From positions 1 to 64,000 of the forward strand of contig OW569360.1 in NCBI GenBank assembly GCA_937625935.1: 64,000 nt of DNA. Reading direction: 5' to 3'. Shown piece after piece: positions 30,258 through 43,024 of the stretch. How positions within the stretch are numbered: position 1 is the first letter of the stretch; each line of letters begins with the position of its first letter. This DNA comes from Tetramitus jugosus. Taxonomy: Eukaryota > Protista > Heterolobosea. The position numbers and the translations under genes are program-made. The notes under the pieces were generated by a model, which saw only the letters and a list, made by a program, of their open reading frames with translations, was not told where the DNA came from and searched no databases.

Positions 30258-33200
30258 TTATGTTTCTTTTGGTTCAGCAAGGGTCTCGATGATGGATACT
30301 TCTTCAGTGTGCTCAACCCGTGATTCACACACAAGAGGCGTGGTTGGTCCCACTTGCTCCTCTTCTAGTTTCTCTTCGACAACCAGGTTGAGTTGCTCAG
30401 ATGACTCCGAGACTGCGCTCTGATTGAACTTGCATACAATAACAGAAATGTTGTCCATGGATCGGAGAGCATAGGCGAAATCTCGCAGTACGGCAGCACA
30501 CATGGCAGCCTTTGCTCCTTCATTATTTACATGAGAATGAATGATTCGAGTGTTGTCTTGTACCTCAGCTCGGATCTGACTTGCGTCACTGTCTAGTCTC
30601 ACAAATGTGTCATGAACGAGCTGAGAAGCCATCTGATCTGTAACCATGTCCCAAACACCATCGCAGGCGAGTATGAGGAATTGATGAACTGATGGATCAA
30701 TCTCAAATGTGTAAACATAAGGGTCGCAAGAGATGAGTGGTCGTTGGTCATGATCGCCCAATGCCCGACTTAAACTGTATCCGTTGATACGACCTTCATA
30801 TGTGCAACCTCCAAGATCCATCACTCTCCTTCTTTCTTCGTACTCGTTTGCTTTGTGATCGACTGTGACTCTCCGACCTACGACCGAACCGTCTTGCTGT
30901 TGGCTCACAAGTACACCTCGGGCATCACCAACGTTTGCACATATGCAGTACTTGTGGTTCAGCACGAGGGAAATGACGGCAGTGCAGCCATCTTGTATTC
31001 TTTGTTGACGAATGCTGTGATCCAAGTCTTTGATCAAACATCGAATAATCATTGAACCAAATTCAAGCATATTAATGTTGTTTTCCTTTGCCTTTTCTGA
31101 ATGCTTCTTAAAAACAGACGCAAGAACGGCAGCAATGTTGGCTGAGGAGTATTGGGCACAAACCTCTCCTCCATGGCCATCAAATACTGCAAAGAGCTGT
31201 ACATGTAAGTTGGGTACACAATCGAATCGCATATTATTATCAATGAACCAACTATCCTCATTGGTAGGACGATCTCCCAGCATATGCGAATGTCCATATG
31301 AAATAGATTCATTTGTTGATACATCACGATCAATATCCGACCGATTGTGCTGATTATCTACATCTATCCAATGATCTCTATGAACAGAGAATCCATTTGG
31401 ATTAAAATTGTTGTGTGATATGTCCACTATAGAACCTTCTCCAAATGATACAAGTTGATCTATACACGACTGATTATCTGCTATCGAATTACCAAAGAGA
31501 GATAGAACTTTGATTCTCTCGGATATGTTCCCCAGAAATTCGGGTGACAAACTTCGAATGCTATTATTTCCTATATACAAGTGAGTTAAACAAGGACATC
31601 TCGATAGTTGAATCGGGATACTTGTTAACTTGTTGCCTGATGCCAGAAGGCGAATCAATCGACTCATAGCATTTTTGGATGAGGCAAACAAATCATCTAC
31701 ATTTGTGAAGTAATTGTAACTAATGTTCAGCTTTTTCAACCGGAGCATATGCTTTCCAATCAAGGAGAGAGAACAAGTTTGATTATCGAGCTTGTTGAAT
31801 GCAAGATAGAGATCCATTAACCGGTCCATATTTCGCAGTATACCATCTTCAATTTTTGTAATTTGATTCCTAGTGAGATCCAAGTAGCGCATATTCTTCA
31901 ACCGAAGCATACTTAACGGTAGTTTCGTTAATAAGTTATTGTGACAGTCTAGACACTCTAATTGATTCAGAGCTCCAATGCTCTCGGGAAGTGCAGAGAT
32001 CATATTATTACCTAAATAAAGCCTCTTCAGTGTCTTAATTGTTCCAATCTCCTCAATCACGCCTCCCTGTAACCGATTGTCCATCAGCACTAATGTTTGA
32101 AGCGCTGGTAAGCACCGGCCATTGAACACCAATGGATTCAACTCTGAAATTCGATTGTCATTCAAAATGAGCTCTCTCAATTGAGACATTACAAATAGAT
32201 CATCTACCGATTTACAAAACGAAGTAATGTTGTTCTCGGGTGCAATCAAAATCTCCAGTGTTTCACAGTGTAGTCTCAACAGAGACTCTGGACAATCCAC
32301 CTGAATATTATCACTGTTATCATGATCGTCTTTCCATTCATCACCGCGTTCACTCTTCTTCAAATTCGATCGCAAAAAATTGAAACAGTTTGACACCTTG
32401 AGAAACCGAAGAGACTCGATGCGACACGTGGACTCATCTGCCACAAATGGCAAAAAGGGTTCATTCGATGCTATACACGGATTATCTCCAATATCAATCT
32501 CCCACAGTCTCTTACACCTGGACAAGTACGCATCAAATGATTGAATATGATTCCCAGGTGCCTTAAAACTTGTTAAAAGTGGAAAAATCGTTGCCCACTC
32601 TGCATTCAACAAATCCAAGTCGTCATCATCGGTCGAATCCACTGGCTTTGGTATATGAAACAAGTTATAGAGACCAGCACATGTCAAATCCATTTCAGAC
32701 ACAATCAAAATACCCATTTTTCTCAATTCAATCATTGCATCATAAGGAAACATGACCAACGCATTGAAAGCTAAGCTTACATGACTAATAAATAACCTGA
32801 CTTGATTGTCTGTTGGAGTTGTCGACTGTTTCTTTTGTTTCTTGTTCTTGGAAAGAGTGGGCAAACGTCGTTCATATTCCTGTCGAATCATGAGCAACAA
32901 TTCCATTGGAAAAACTTCGTATCCCTTGTTACTCAACTGTAAGCTATGGTTATGAATCAGGTGATCGACACAAATCTGGAAAAACTCCATTTCATTGTCT
33001 TCTTCCTCATCTTCTTCTTCTTCTTCTTGATAGTTATCATCAATCACATTTTCACTATTGTTGTTGTTGTTGTTGTTGACGTGATGGACATTGGTCAAGT
33101 GAAGTGTGCTTTGCTTCAGATCCAACCGAATCGATGAATCATCACTATTGTTGTTGTTGTTGTCATTGTTGCTATTTTGTTGATGATTATGATGGGGATG

Positions 33201-33278
33201 GTTATTGTCATGTCGAAGTGATTGAGCAGCACCACCGTCCTCATCTAACGATGATAAAGACTTTTGAACATTACCCAT
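30258..33278 (-). CDS. LRR plus PP2C-family phosphatase (PHLPP-like layout) with an N-myristoylation-like start
   Basis: MGNVQKS; many LxxLxLxxN repeats; GDRPTNED, VFDGHGG, ANVGDAR, SRALGD, LACDGVWD, SMDNIS. Confidence 0.9.
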   Translation of the reverse strand: MGNVQKSLSSLDEDGGAAQSLRHDNNHPHHNHQQNSNNDNNNNNSDDSSIRLDLKQSTLHLTNVHHVNNNNNNNSENVIDDNYQEEEEEDEEEDNEMEFFQICVDHLIHNHSLQLSNKGYEVFPMELLLMIRQEYERRLPTLSKNKKQKKQSTTPTDNQVRLFISHVSLAFNALVMFPYDAMIELRKMGILIVSEMDLTCAGLYNLFHIPKPVDSTDDDDLDLLNAEWATIFPLLTSFKAPGNHIQSFDAYLSRCKRLWEIDIGDNPCIASNEPFLPFVADESTCRIESLRFLKVSNCFNFLRSNLKKSERGDEWKDDHDNSDNIQVDCPESLLRLHCETLEILIAPENNITSFCKSVDDLFVMSQLRELILNDNRISELNPLVFNGRCLPALQTLVLMDNRLQGGVIEEIGTIKTLKRLYLGNNMISALPESIGALNQLECLDCHNNLLTKLPLSMLRLKNMRYLDLTRNQITKIEDGILRNMDRLMDLYLAFNKLDNQTCSLSLIGKHMLRLKKLNISYNYFTNVDDLFASSKNAMSRLIRLLASGNKLTSIPIQLSRCPCLTHLYIGNNSIRSLSPEFLGNISERIKVLSLFGNSIADNQSCIDQLVSFGEGSIVDISHNNFNPNGFSVHRDHWIDVDNQHNRSDIDRDVSTNESISYGHSHMLGDRPTNEDSWFIDNNMRFDCVPNLHVQLFAVFDGHGGEVCAQYSSANIAAVLASVFKKHSEKAKENNINMLEFGSMIIRCLIKDLDHSIRQQRIQDGCTAVISLVLNHKYCICANVGDARGVLVSQQQDGSVVGRRVTVDHKANEYEERRRVMDLGGCTYEGRINGYSLSRALGDHDQRPLISCDPYVYTFEIDPSVHQFLILACDGVWDMVTDQMASQLVHDTFVRLDSDASQIRAEVQDNTRIIHSHVNNEGAKAAMCAAVLRDFAYALRSMDNISVIVCKFNQSAVSESSEQLNLVVEEKLEEEQVGPTTPLVCESRVEHTEEVSIIETLAEPKET

Positions 33279-33540
33279 TTTTGGTTGTCTTTCTCTTTTT
33301 TTTTGCGGAAGAGTTTCTGCTCTCGAGCCGTCTGAAGGAATGAGAGAATATTGTTAGAGGGATGGAGATTTGGCCTATGGAGTTTTTGAGCGATGCCGCA
33401 TGTCGCCTGACAGATATTTACTGCCGCGAAGGGTTGGAAAGGTAATTGGAAGAAGTCGGGCATTGGAAGAACTTGTGAACACGTGCGAGAAGTGACAACA
33501 ATGATTGGTGGATTGTGTACGTGAGATGAATAAGCTTGGT

Positions 33541-35778
33541 TTACTTCTTTCCTTCCTTTCTTCTCTCTTGCTTTCTGTCACCAGAAGAGAGGAGGGCCTT
33601 CCGGATTCTCAAGTAGTTTGGAGTAACCTCAATCAACTCATCTTGCTGAATGTAAGCAAGCATTTCTTCCAAAGCAAAGGTCCTTATTGGATTCAATCTG
33701 ACTTGTTCTTCTGATCCCTTGGATCTCATGTTACTCAACGCCTTTTCCTTGCAAGGATTACATTCGATATCGGTTTCTCTGGCGCTTTCACCAACAATCA
33801 TACCCTCATAAATTTGAGTTTGTGGCTTAATGAACAAAACACCTCTCTCCTGAAGTGAATCCAATGCATATCCAGTGGCAGGACCGGTAGCAATAGAAAC
33901 CATGGCACCCTTTCTGTTTGTGTCAAAAGGTCCCTTGTATGGCTCATAGGAGTGGAACACGTGATTCATGATACCTTCACCGTGAGTAAATGTTCTGAAT
34001 TCAGAACTGAAACCGACCAAAGCTCTGGTTGGAACCAGGTAGACGAGCTTGGCTCTGTCTCCCTTGGTAGTGTAGCTTTGCATGTCACCCTTTCTCTTGG
34101 TCAAGTTATCAAGAACCCAACTGGCATCAGATAGGTCGACTTCACAGATAACCTCTTCAATAGGTTCAAGCTTCTGACCAGTCTCACTTTCCTTGAGCAG
34201 TGCCTTTGGTGGAGAGATTTGGAATTCGAAACCCTCACGTCTCAAATTTTCAATCAAGACAGCAATTTGCATCTCACCACGACCCATAACCTCAAAGGCC
34301 TCACCTTCCTCGGACTGCTTAATCTTGAGGGCGACATTGATTTCAGCCTCCTTCAACAATCTAGTTCTCAATTGAGTAGCAGAACTGGCCTTACCATCTT
34401 GACCTGCCAATGGTGAATCGTTGACTTTAAAGTAAACAGACAAAATTGGAGGATCAAGAGGCTTTGTGTCAATGAATCCTTGATGTTTTGGACTACAGAG
34501 TGTGTCAGTAACACCAGCCTTATTGAAACCGGCAATAGAAACAATGCTTCCTGCAAATGACTCCTTGACAGTCACGCGATTCAATCCTCTAGTCTCCATG
34601 AGCTGGAACACTTTTCCTTCTTCAACTGGTTCACCTATTCTCGAAACACTCTTAATCTTATCATTGACCTTGATGCTTCCAGCATAAATCTTACCAGTCA
34701 AAATTCTGCCAAACACTCTGTCATAGTCCAATGAACTGACCAACATTTGGAATGGCTGACCAACCTTGATCTTTGGGCATGGAACATGTTGCATAACAGC
34801 TTCGAACAATGGCGCCATATTCTCTCTTGGATCATTCTCCAAATCACGAACGCACCATCCATCTCTTGCAGAGGCATAGAGAATAGGGAAGTCCATTTGC
34901 TCATCAGTTGCATCCAAACTCATAAACAAGTCAAACACCTCATTTTCAACTTCACCGATACGTGCAGTGTCTCTGTCAACCTTGTTGAAGATGACAACTG
35001 GCTTCAATCCGTGCTGCAAAGCCTTGGAAAGCACAAACTTTGTCTGTGTCATTGGTCCATCAGTTGCATCAACCAACAGACACACACCATCCACCATACC
35101 CATAATTCTTTCAACTTCACCACCAAAATCAGCGTGACCTGGTGTATCCACAATGTTCAATGTGTTTTCCTTGTATTGGACAGTGGTCAATTTAGCCATA
35201 ATAGTGATACCACGCTCCTTTTCAATAGCCATAGAGTCCATGACTCTCTCTTCACTTTGATCCTTGAGAACAGTGTTTGTTTGTTTCAGCAGACAGTCAA
35301 CAATAGTCTATATTAACAATCAATCATCAATTCAATAGAAAAACGGTCATGTGCTCATGTTAGATTTCATCTCTCCATCTGTAAGCGCTGTGGCGGCAGC
35401 GGACAATTAAAGAAGCGGCAAAATCAAACCAAAAATTTTGTTCACACAACATACCGTCTTACCCACATCGACGTGAGCAATAATAGCCAAATTTCTAATG
35501 TTTGGTACTTCTCTAATCTCCTCTTGTTCATTGAGCATGTAACGATTGGTGTGATAACACTTGGCTCCATTCGAAGGAATCATGCGAGTATATCGATTGT
35601 TCAATGTTCTTGATGCTGAATGTGCACTAGTAGTGGTGTTGCTCATTGTTGTGGTGTGATTCTTTCTCTTGGTTGTTGAAATCATGTCATTCACAACGAT
35701 TGAGCCACTCTTGGAGAGACTACGTTGTTGTTGCAGAATTTGGTTCTTGCACGAGTGGGAAGCTCTCAGAAGCATCAT
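33541..35778 (-). CDS. typA: TypA/BipA translational GTPase, probably mitochondrial; intron 35308-35454
   Basis: IRNLAIIAHVDVGKT|TIVD, ERGITI, DTPGHADFGGEVER, GRGEMQ, RREGFE; S/T/R-rich N-terminal presequence. Confidence 0.92.
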
Positions 35779-36089
35779 GTTTGTTGTTGTTTAAAATGGT
35801 GTCCTGGTTGTTGGTTTTTTTGGTTGTTGTCAGAGAGAATTGTGAAGAAAAACTTTTTCACACAGTAATTCTCCCCAGTCCGTTCCGCGAAAACCTGCAA
35901 TTGTCCGAGTGGTCCTGAATCTTGGTGTTCAGGTTCAATTGTTGGGACATGTCTGGAGAGATGGTGAGTTCAGCAAGGATGGAATGCAAGTAACTTGTGA
36001 TCCAATTCTCTCTGTTTGCGTGATCTGCTTGCGTGAAATTGTGAAGAATAGATGTTTATGTTTGTTAACACGTGTTGGACCCGCTCAAA

Positions 36090-36849
36090 TCAAGAGCTCA
36101 GTGCCTTCGTTGGAAATTGCTGTTGCTGTGGAGGAGATAGCATGTGAGAATCAACAGAAAAAACAGAAGCATTATCCAACAGCTTCAAATCCGAGTGCAC
36201 GGGCAACAAGACACGATTCACATTCCGTGCACCAGTCCTTGGATGATACCAAGTAACAGTCAACTGCTTCACATACGGATCCAACGGATTACAATCAACC
36301 TTAATAAACGTTTTTAGCTCTCTCATGACTTGATCAATCGAATTCGATGGGATCACACTGTTTTGTCTTATACAGGCATTCGTAATCGCAGCAACGCGAT
36401 TCTCCAATATCAAATCCTGTTCCAAATGCTTCAAACGATTCATCAAATGAGTTTTCACTCGTTTGTAAGCAATTGAAAAGGCGGCCATCATTGCTGTTGC
36501 CATCACAGGCTCAACCAATGTCAAGTAATGACTCTTGCGCATCACCATTGTGGTTTTACTCACAACACTTGAGCTCTTACGAGTCACAAGAATCGTTAAC
36601 AGTCTTCCAATAGTACGAAACAAGAGAGGAACACGAGAATAGTTGTGTGAAGCATTGCTGTTGTAAACAACTGACAATTCAGCTTGTCTGTTACTCGCAG
36701 TGGGTGAAGAAATGACACTAGACAATTCGTTCATCTCACATTGAAGTTCTCTTGTCGTTGTTGTTGGTGATTTTCTCTGATCAACAATTCTTCCGCCGTT
36801 TTTCGATTGGAGAAAAACACCAAAAAAACGCACCAAAAAGCTTTTCATC
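36090..36849 (-). CDS. Hypothetical protein; start uncertain
   Basis: Long open frame between typA and SMG8; no recognised domain. Confidence 0.5.
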
Positions 36850-37075
36850 TTTACTACCAAAAGTTGTTGGTCACAGAAAAATTCGTGAGTTGATCTTAAG
36901 CACGTCAGTTGATCAACACGGTAGAGAGCAACAGCATCCTGTTCTACCACAAATCATCATTTTTTGCATGCTGATCATCTTTTTTTGAAAAGGGAAATTT
37001 GAAAGCTTTCAACAGCAACAACCGACAACAACAACAAAACGACTTATTTATCAACAAGACCCAGTACTATGAACC

Positions 37076-40000
37076 ATGTTACAACAACAACAACAACAAC
37101 AATATGCTTATCATCCGTCCAATAGCAATATCAGTGCAATGTCATCAAACAGTGGCATCATTGGTTCAATGGGTCATCATCATTCATCATCTACACTGAG
37201 TAATCCACCGATTGGTCGCAAAGGATATTATCTCTATTTTCAACCAACCATTCACATTTCATCTGGCAGTAGCAGTACTAGCATTAGTAGCTCTAGTACT
37301 CCTTTTTCTCCACAACAACAACAACAACAACATCAACAATCATCATTGTCATCATTTGAGCAACAACAACAACAGAGATTTCAGAGATCATCATCACTCG
37401 TTAGTCAATCCAAATATTCAAGGTATGAAAAAGAACGATTGAAATTGGGTAATAAAAAGGTGATTGCCGTAGGATTTGTCGGTTATCATGAACAGAGTAT
37501 GGACATTGTGAATGAAGTGTTGGGCAAGAAGATTTTTTCAGAGCAGCACAGGAATCAAGTTCAGAGGGAATTTGCAGAATTTTCTTCTCAATTTTCAACC
37601 TTTGGTACATCGTCATCATCGGCATCTTCGTCATTTTCGACATCGAGCTTTTGGTCATCACCCTATGCATTTCCCATTGATTCCTATCATGACAGTGATT
37701 CCAGTACGATTTACATGTATCTCGATGCTCATTTAGATGTGAATTCAGTGATATCTCAGGTGAAGAAACAGAGAATGAACAGGAAGCGTGACGATCCTAA
37801 ATGTCATATATCCATGGAGGTGTGTGTTGTAGTTTATTATGTTGTTTGTTATTATTTTTGTGACAAATTGGATTGCAGTCATGTTGTTGTTAGTGTGATT
37901 GGAGTTGTTCGAACTGACACTGTAAGAAATTTTAGAATGAAATTGATTTTGAGTTGGGTGAGAGAGAGTATAGTCTCGCCAAGGCACTATTATTTATGTT
38001 TCATACATGTCACATCATAATGGTACAGTGGATTAGTTGCGACGTTTTTTTGTTTTCTGTTCTTGTTGTTATTGTTCTATTGATTATTAGAAAGCATGTG
38101 AGAGACATTTTATATTCATTCATGAAATCTTCTTCCATTTGTGCCATAGTTTGTGCATCCTGACAAGCGATTTGATATGAAGAATCTGAGAATGTTTCGG
38201 ATCTTGCAGTTGGCAAAGCAGCACGCCAACTCTGCTTTGCTCTCTCATTTGGGCTCCTCCATTTTTACGAATGATTTGAAGTTCTCTCCACTGTATTCTC
38301 CAGGTCGAGTTCTGCCTGTTGTTGCTTTCTTATTTTTCCAAAAGAGAACGGAATGGAATGCAATCAAGAATCAAGTGAGTGATATGGACAATAGAGGAAT
38401 ATTGGATCAAATGCAAAAAGCCTTAGAATCACAGGTGAGAGCTATTTTGAAGAAGGGAAGATTTGCTGGTACCGATAATACACGAAATCCTCTATTAATG
38501 GTGGATCCATCAAAGTGCGCCTTTGTGGTTGTCGAACCTGAATCGCAATATGGCTCCAAGGAGTTCATGACCGATTTTACTTCCATGATGTTTAGTTTTA
38601 GTACGATCGAGGAGCAGCACACAGTGAGTAGTCATCCTCAAAAAGTGTTTTATGCACGAGCAATGAATTCATCCACAAAGAAGCCTACCTATCCGCAGAT
38701 AATGCAAGACACCATGTACAACATGGAAGATGTGCGAGATTTCTTGAAAAAGCAATATGACTATTTTAAAAAGCAGATGCACAGCGGTAAGCGATATGTG
38801 TTGCCTTCATCGTTTAATTGGTATCACGCAACCTTTGCATTCGAAGAATTTATGTGCATGAAAGCAAGTGGCATCAAGAGAGAAGAAATTTTGAGGATTG
38901 ATATGGAACTTGAGAAGGTTAAACCTTTCATCAATCCTGATTGGCAATTTTCTGAGAACAGATGTTCTCAGGCCTTGAATCTAGTGAAAGAGCAGTTTGG
39001 TACAGATGAGTGCGTGATGAGAATGATGACTCTTAGTGAGTACATTGATCAAGCGATTCACACATTTGACATTTATGCCAGTGGACCTTATCAAGAGAAG
39101 TTCAAGCAACAACTCATTAGCGAGCTTACAGCATTCCACACCCAAAAGAGATCGCAAGTATTGGATATCCCTGATGTGTCAGCAAATTTGGGATCTCAAG
39201 ATATCTTGATGATATATCGATTTATTTTCAGTGAAGAACAAACAGTATCGAGCATAACATCAAATTCAACACAACAGAAAGGGTTCAAACCTTCAAAACA
39301 AGCAGTTCCATCTCGATTCTCCAAGATTGTAGCCAATAGCCAAAATATTGATACGCATCCGAGCCCAGTTAGAACAATGTACATTACTTCCTTGGGTGCA
39401 TGCGCTGAGGTTTACAACAATGAGAGTGGGGTGAAGCTTGAAAGCACTGGAGCGCCCATATTTTTGTCACATTTTGACTTCACATCTCCCTACTTTGGGG
39501 TTTCCATGCCGCCCGTTGGGCCAAATGGTGTTTCGGTAGATAAGTTAATGAATTCACTTTATTCTGCAAAACACCAAAGACAACAACAAATGGAATCCAT
39601 TCGATCAGATACTAATGCAAGTAAGACTCCGAGAATGGCCAGAATTCTAAACAGTGACTACGACTACACGCGATCGAAGAGATACAAGGTACTCGTCGGG
39701 TTCGAATATCGAACTGCACAAGGTGTCAGTTTTGTTGTTCAGGTCGACACTCTTGTCTCCTATCTCACAAAGCAGAATCTCAAAGGAAAACAATCCAAAT
39801 CCAAAGAGAGATCGGAATTGAGTTACCAACAAGTCGAGCTGAAGATTAAGGAAGAAGTTTATTCGCTCAAGAATATTCCAATCGAGGTTCCTACACGACT
39901 GGGAGACAGTACTCACAAGTCGACTCCACCAAGACAGGCAACAGTTTCATTCGCTCGACTCAAGAGAATCATATTGGGCGTACCAGATTCCAATTCCAGT

Positions 40001-40303
40001 GTGACTCTGTCTCCAAAGTTTATCAAGGAGGTCGAGCAACAATCAACAACACCAGACTCAAGAAGTGGGTCGATCACCAATAACACAATCAAGTCGACCA
40101 CTGTTACGTCAGTGTACAACTTGGGGAGCATTCAACAGATTGTGTTACCCCGAGGGAAACTCATCTGTCTCAATTTTGAATATGTGGACACTTACTCTGG
40201 TGTTATGCTCTCAACGAACACTGCTTCAACAACAAGTTCAGACAAAGATTTAACGTCGAGCAAGACTTCTCAGCTCATCGATTTACATCTGAGCGTTGTC
40301 TAA
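37076..40303 (+). CDS. SMG8: SMG8-like nonsense-mediated decay factor; exons 37076-37819, 37936-38022, 38150-40303
   Basis: LLFMFHTCHIIMFVHP..FD, ALESQVRAILKK, FSENRC, VGFEY match recalled SMG8 motifs; two phase-0 GT-AG introns join the ORFs. Confidence 0.75.
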
Positions 40304-40673
40304 TTGCAACAAACTTGAAGTCCGCATGATGGCGGAATGTAAGGTTAAAAGCATAATTCAATGTTCAGTTCACAGGTGGTGATCTATCGGACTATTTAGG
40401 AAAAGTGTAATTGCACCAGTGGTGTTGTGGTTAACAAGTAGAGTCATGTACCGCAAGTCTATTACTCTCTGGCTTCATCGAATCTGTAAACAGAAGATGT
40501 ATAAAGAATATCCTATTTCATTAATTCGTCGTAGGTTCATCCAGGCATGTCTTGCCCGGGCACCTACACTGCTCCTCTCCAGTATGCTAGTCGTAGATAC
40601 AGCCTTTATCTCCTCGGAGAAAAAATCTTTTTGTTCAGGAAATTGAGTTCCAAGTCAAAACAGAGGAAACAAT

Positions 40674-41828
40674 ATGTCAAGACTTGTTTACTTTGCAGCT
40701 CGTCAAAGTTATCCCAGAAGAGTACCAGAAGAGTACACTGAGATTTATGAAACTTGTTTGAAGAAACCACTCAAAGGTCAATCCATCAAGCAAATGGAGT
40801 GCACAACTGATTCTTGCTTCTTCTTGACAACAGAGATGTCCCAAGTGTTCTACATGGATGAGATGAGTCAACGGGATCCTGAACATAACATGAGTACTAT
40901 TTCACCCCTTGCATCGACATGCATGACTTCTTCTGACTACGAGGCCATTGAAAGTGACATGCAGTACTTGGCTGCTCTGGATAGTTGTCGTATCAGTTTG
41001 ATTGGTACTGCAAAACAAAGCACATTCTATTACTCTTCCGCTTTGAATCAATTGTGGTTCACAGGTGTGAACCTGATTGATTCATCTCCCATGGTTCCAG
41101 AGTTGATTCAAGTCAAGCTTCCCATTGAATTGCACAACAAGGAAATTGTGAAGATGAATGGAAATGATCTCTCCATGTTCTTCTTGACAAATGATGGCCT
41201 GTTGTATGCTCTTGGAAGTTCATACAAAGGTGTATCCAGAGTTGAGATTCCTGCAATAGTGGATAATGTTAACTCTCCAGTGTTTGTCACTGATGTGCAA
41301 TCAGGTTGTGAGCACACTCTGATTCTGTTGAGCAATGGTCAGTGCTTTGGTATTGGGTCATCATCCCATGGGCAACTGACATCAAAAGGAACCAAAACTG
41401 AACCCACATTGTGCAATGTTCCTGGAAAAGTGACATGGATTCGACCTTGTTCTTATCACTCATTCTTTGGAACTGAGGAAGGAGTTGTTTATGCTTGTGG
41501 ATACAACTCTGATCATCGATTGGCTTTAAGCTCTGATGGAGACTCTGTGATTTCTCCTCAACCGATTGATTTTCCAACGGGACAAGTGAAGCATGTCCTG
41601 GGTTTTGAGGATACCATGATTGTGGATCAGAAGAACATGGTATACACAGCTGTCATATCTGCCTCCAGTAGTGAGAAATCGTCCGTCGATACATTATCAA
41701 GACCAATCGATATGATCCAACACATTCAAAGCGATAATTTCATAATTCATGCAGTTTCGGGCAGCATCAATTTCAAGTGTCTCTACCTGGAGCCAAATAC
41801 AGAAAGTAAGTGTCAGAGCAAATTATAG
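40674..41828 (+). CDS. RCC1-repeat beta-propeller protein
   Basis: VQSGCEHTLILLSNGQCFGIGSSSHGQL, HSFFGTEEGVVYACGYNSDHRL. Confidence 0.8.
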   Translation: MSRLVYFAARQSYPRRVPEEYTEIYETCLKKPLKGQSIKQMECTTDSCFFLTTEMSQVFYMDEMSQRDPEHNMSTISPLASTCMTSSDYEAIESDMQYLAALDSCRISLIGTAKQSTFYYSSALNQLWFTGVNLIDSSPMVPELIQVKLPIELHNKEIVKMNGNDLSMFFLTNDGLLYALGSSYKGVSRVEIPAIVDNVNSPVFVTDVQSGCEHTLILLSNGQCFGIGSSSHGQLTSKGTKTEPTLCNVPGKVTWIRPCSYHSFFGTEEGVVYACGYNSDHRLALSSDGDSVISPQPIDFPTGQVKHVLGFEDTMIVDQKNMVYTAVISASSSEKSSVDTLSRPIDMIQHIQSDNFIIHAVSGSINFKCLYLEPNTESKCQSKL

Positions 41829-41893
41829 GTTGCATCTATAAGATAATTCTGCAGTAAAGAAAATTTTTCTTTTATTCAGTTCTCATTTCGTCC

Positions 41894-43024
41894 TTATTGT
41901 GACAATGATTTGACTTGGGAGGCTGAAAGTTGAATCGATGAGTCATCTTGTTGGGAACTTGAATAGTTTTCTTTGTCTATTTGACTTACTGATTTGACTT
42001 GCCCCAAGATGTTGGATTGTTTGATGCTATTTTGGGGTGATTCGTTGTATATGTCGAACCATGGATAACCGTGGGATGAATAGGTTTGAGCTGTAATTGT
42101 AGTTGGAGGAGCTTTCTTTCCAGTGATTTGTTCGTACATTTCACTGTTCACAATACGAACATACACTCTTGCAAAGCATGTCTGATCCCAGAAATATAGG
42201 CCGTGTTCATCTTCTGTGATTTCCTGTTTCATGCTACCACCAGCAGACAGTGACATCTCTTTGGCTTCTTGTCGCTCACGTCTTTGTTCAGTTTGTTGAG
42301 AATGATGTGCAACAGACTTACCTCGATAAGCAGATAATTCCACAATGTCAGAGTCAATGCTCATTGAAGAGTGAGATGTTTGAGTAGAGCACAACACTGG
42401 ACATGCGAGATTATTTTTCAACTGGTCAATACCTCTGATCGATGACAAACGAATAGGGCGTGGTGGGAACTTGAGCAATCGTTCACTCTCTTTGCTCTCG
42501 AAAACCATGAGTTGAATCCCACCAAAGTTCTCTTCTCCTGTCACTTGAGCCTCGATGCTGTACCCAGAACCCAATGGCATAGCAACAAATTGCTTAATCG
42601 TACCTCTTCCTCCCGCATTGATTCCATCGAGCCACGGTTGTTTTGGAATTGTAACATAGTCCTTCTCTTCTAATTGATTGGTCCACGTGTTTCCAGTGAT
42701 TGCACTCACTTTGCCCACGGCAATCTTCATTGCCTTTGGATGTACATGACTGCAGCGAAATTGCATCCACATGGCCTCTCTCTGATGCATCGGGAAGAAG
42801 ACACCACCAGTTTTCTGCCAATCTTCCGGCACTCGATCCAGATAGTCATCAACTTTGCAAATGGGAAATCGGCCGAGTGAAGGTGGCAGAGGATACACCT
42901 TGCCATCATCAGGTATCCTCAGTGTTCGATGAAAGAGAATGGAACATGAGTTTTGCGGGTTGCCTTCTTCATGGATCTTCAAGTAGTTTCCTTCAACTTC
43001 AACTGTTAGTTTCTTGTCATTCAT
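41894..43024 (-). CDS. Conserved uncharacterised protein (RTLRIPDD family)
   Basis: FHRTLRIPDDGKVYPLPP, PMHQREAMW, QPWLDG, QFVAMPLGSGYSIEAQVTG, AGGSMKQEI, GYPWF. Confidence 0.8.
   Translation of the reverse strand: MNDKKLTVEVEGNYLKIHEEGNPQNSCSILFHRTLRIPDDGKVYPLPPSLGRFPICKVDDYLDRVPEDWQKTGGVFFPMHQREAMWMQFRCSHVHPKAMKIAVGKVSAITGNTWTNQLEEKDYVTIPKQPWLDGINAGGRGTIKQFVAMPLGSGYSIEAQVTGEENFGGIQLMVFESKESERLLKFPPRPIRLSSIRGIDQLKNNLACPVLCSTQTSHSSMSIDSDIVELSAYRGKSVAHHSQQTEQRRERQEAKEMSLSAGGSMKQEITEDEHGLYFWDQTCFARVYVRIVNSEMYEQITGKKAPPTTITAQTYSSHGYPWFDIYNESPQNSIKQSNILGQVKSVSQIDKENYSSSQQDDSSIQLSASQVKSLSQ

Noticed and set aside
35455-35480. TypA G1 motif AHVDVGKT instead of AHVDHGKT
   Set aside because: Single substitution at a non-invariant P-loop position; the rest of the protein is canonical
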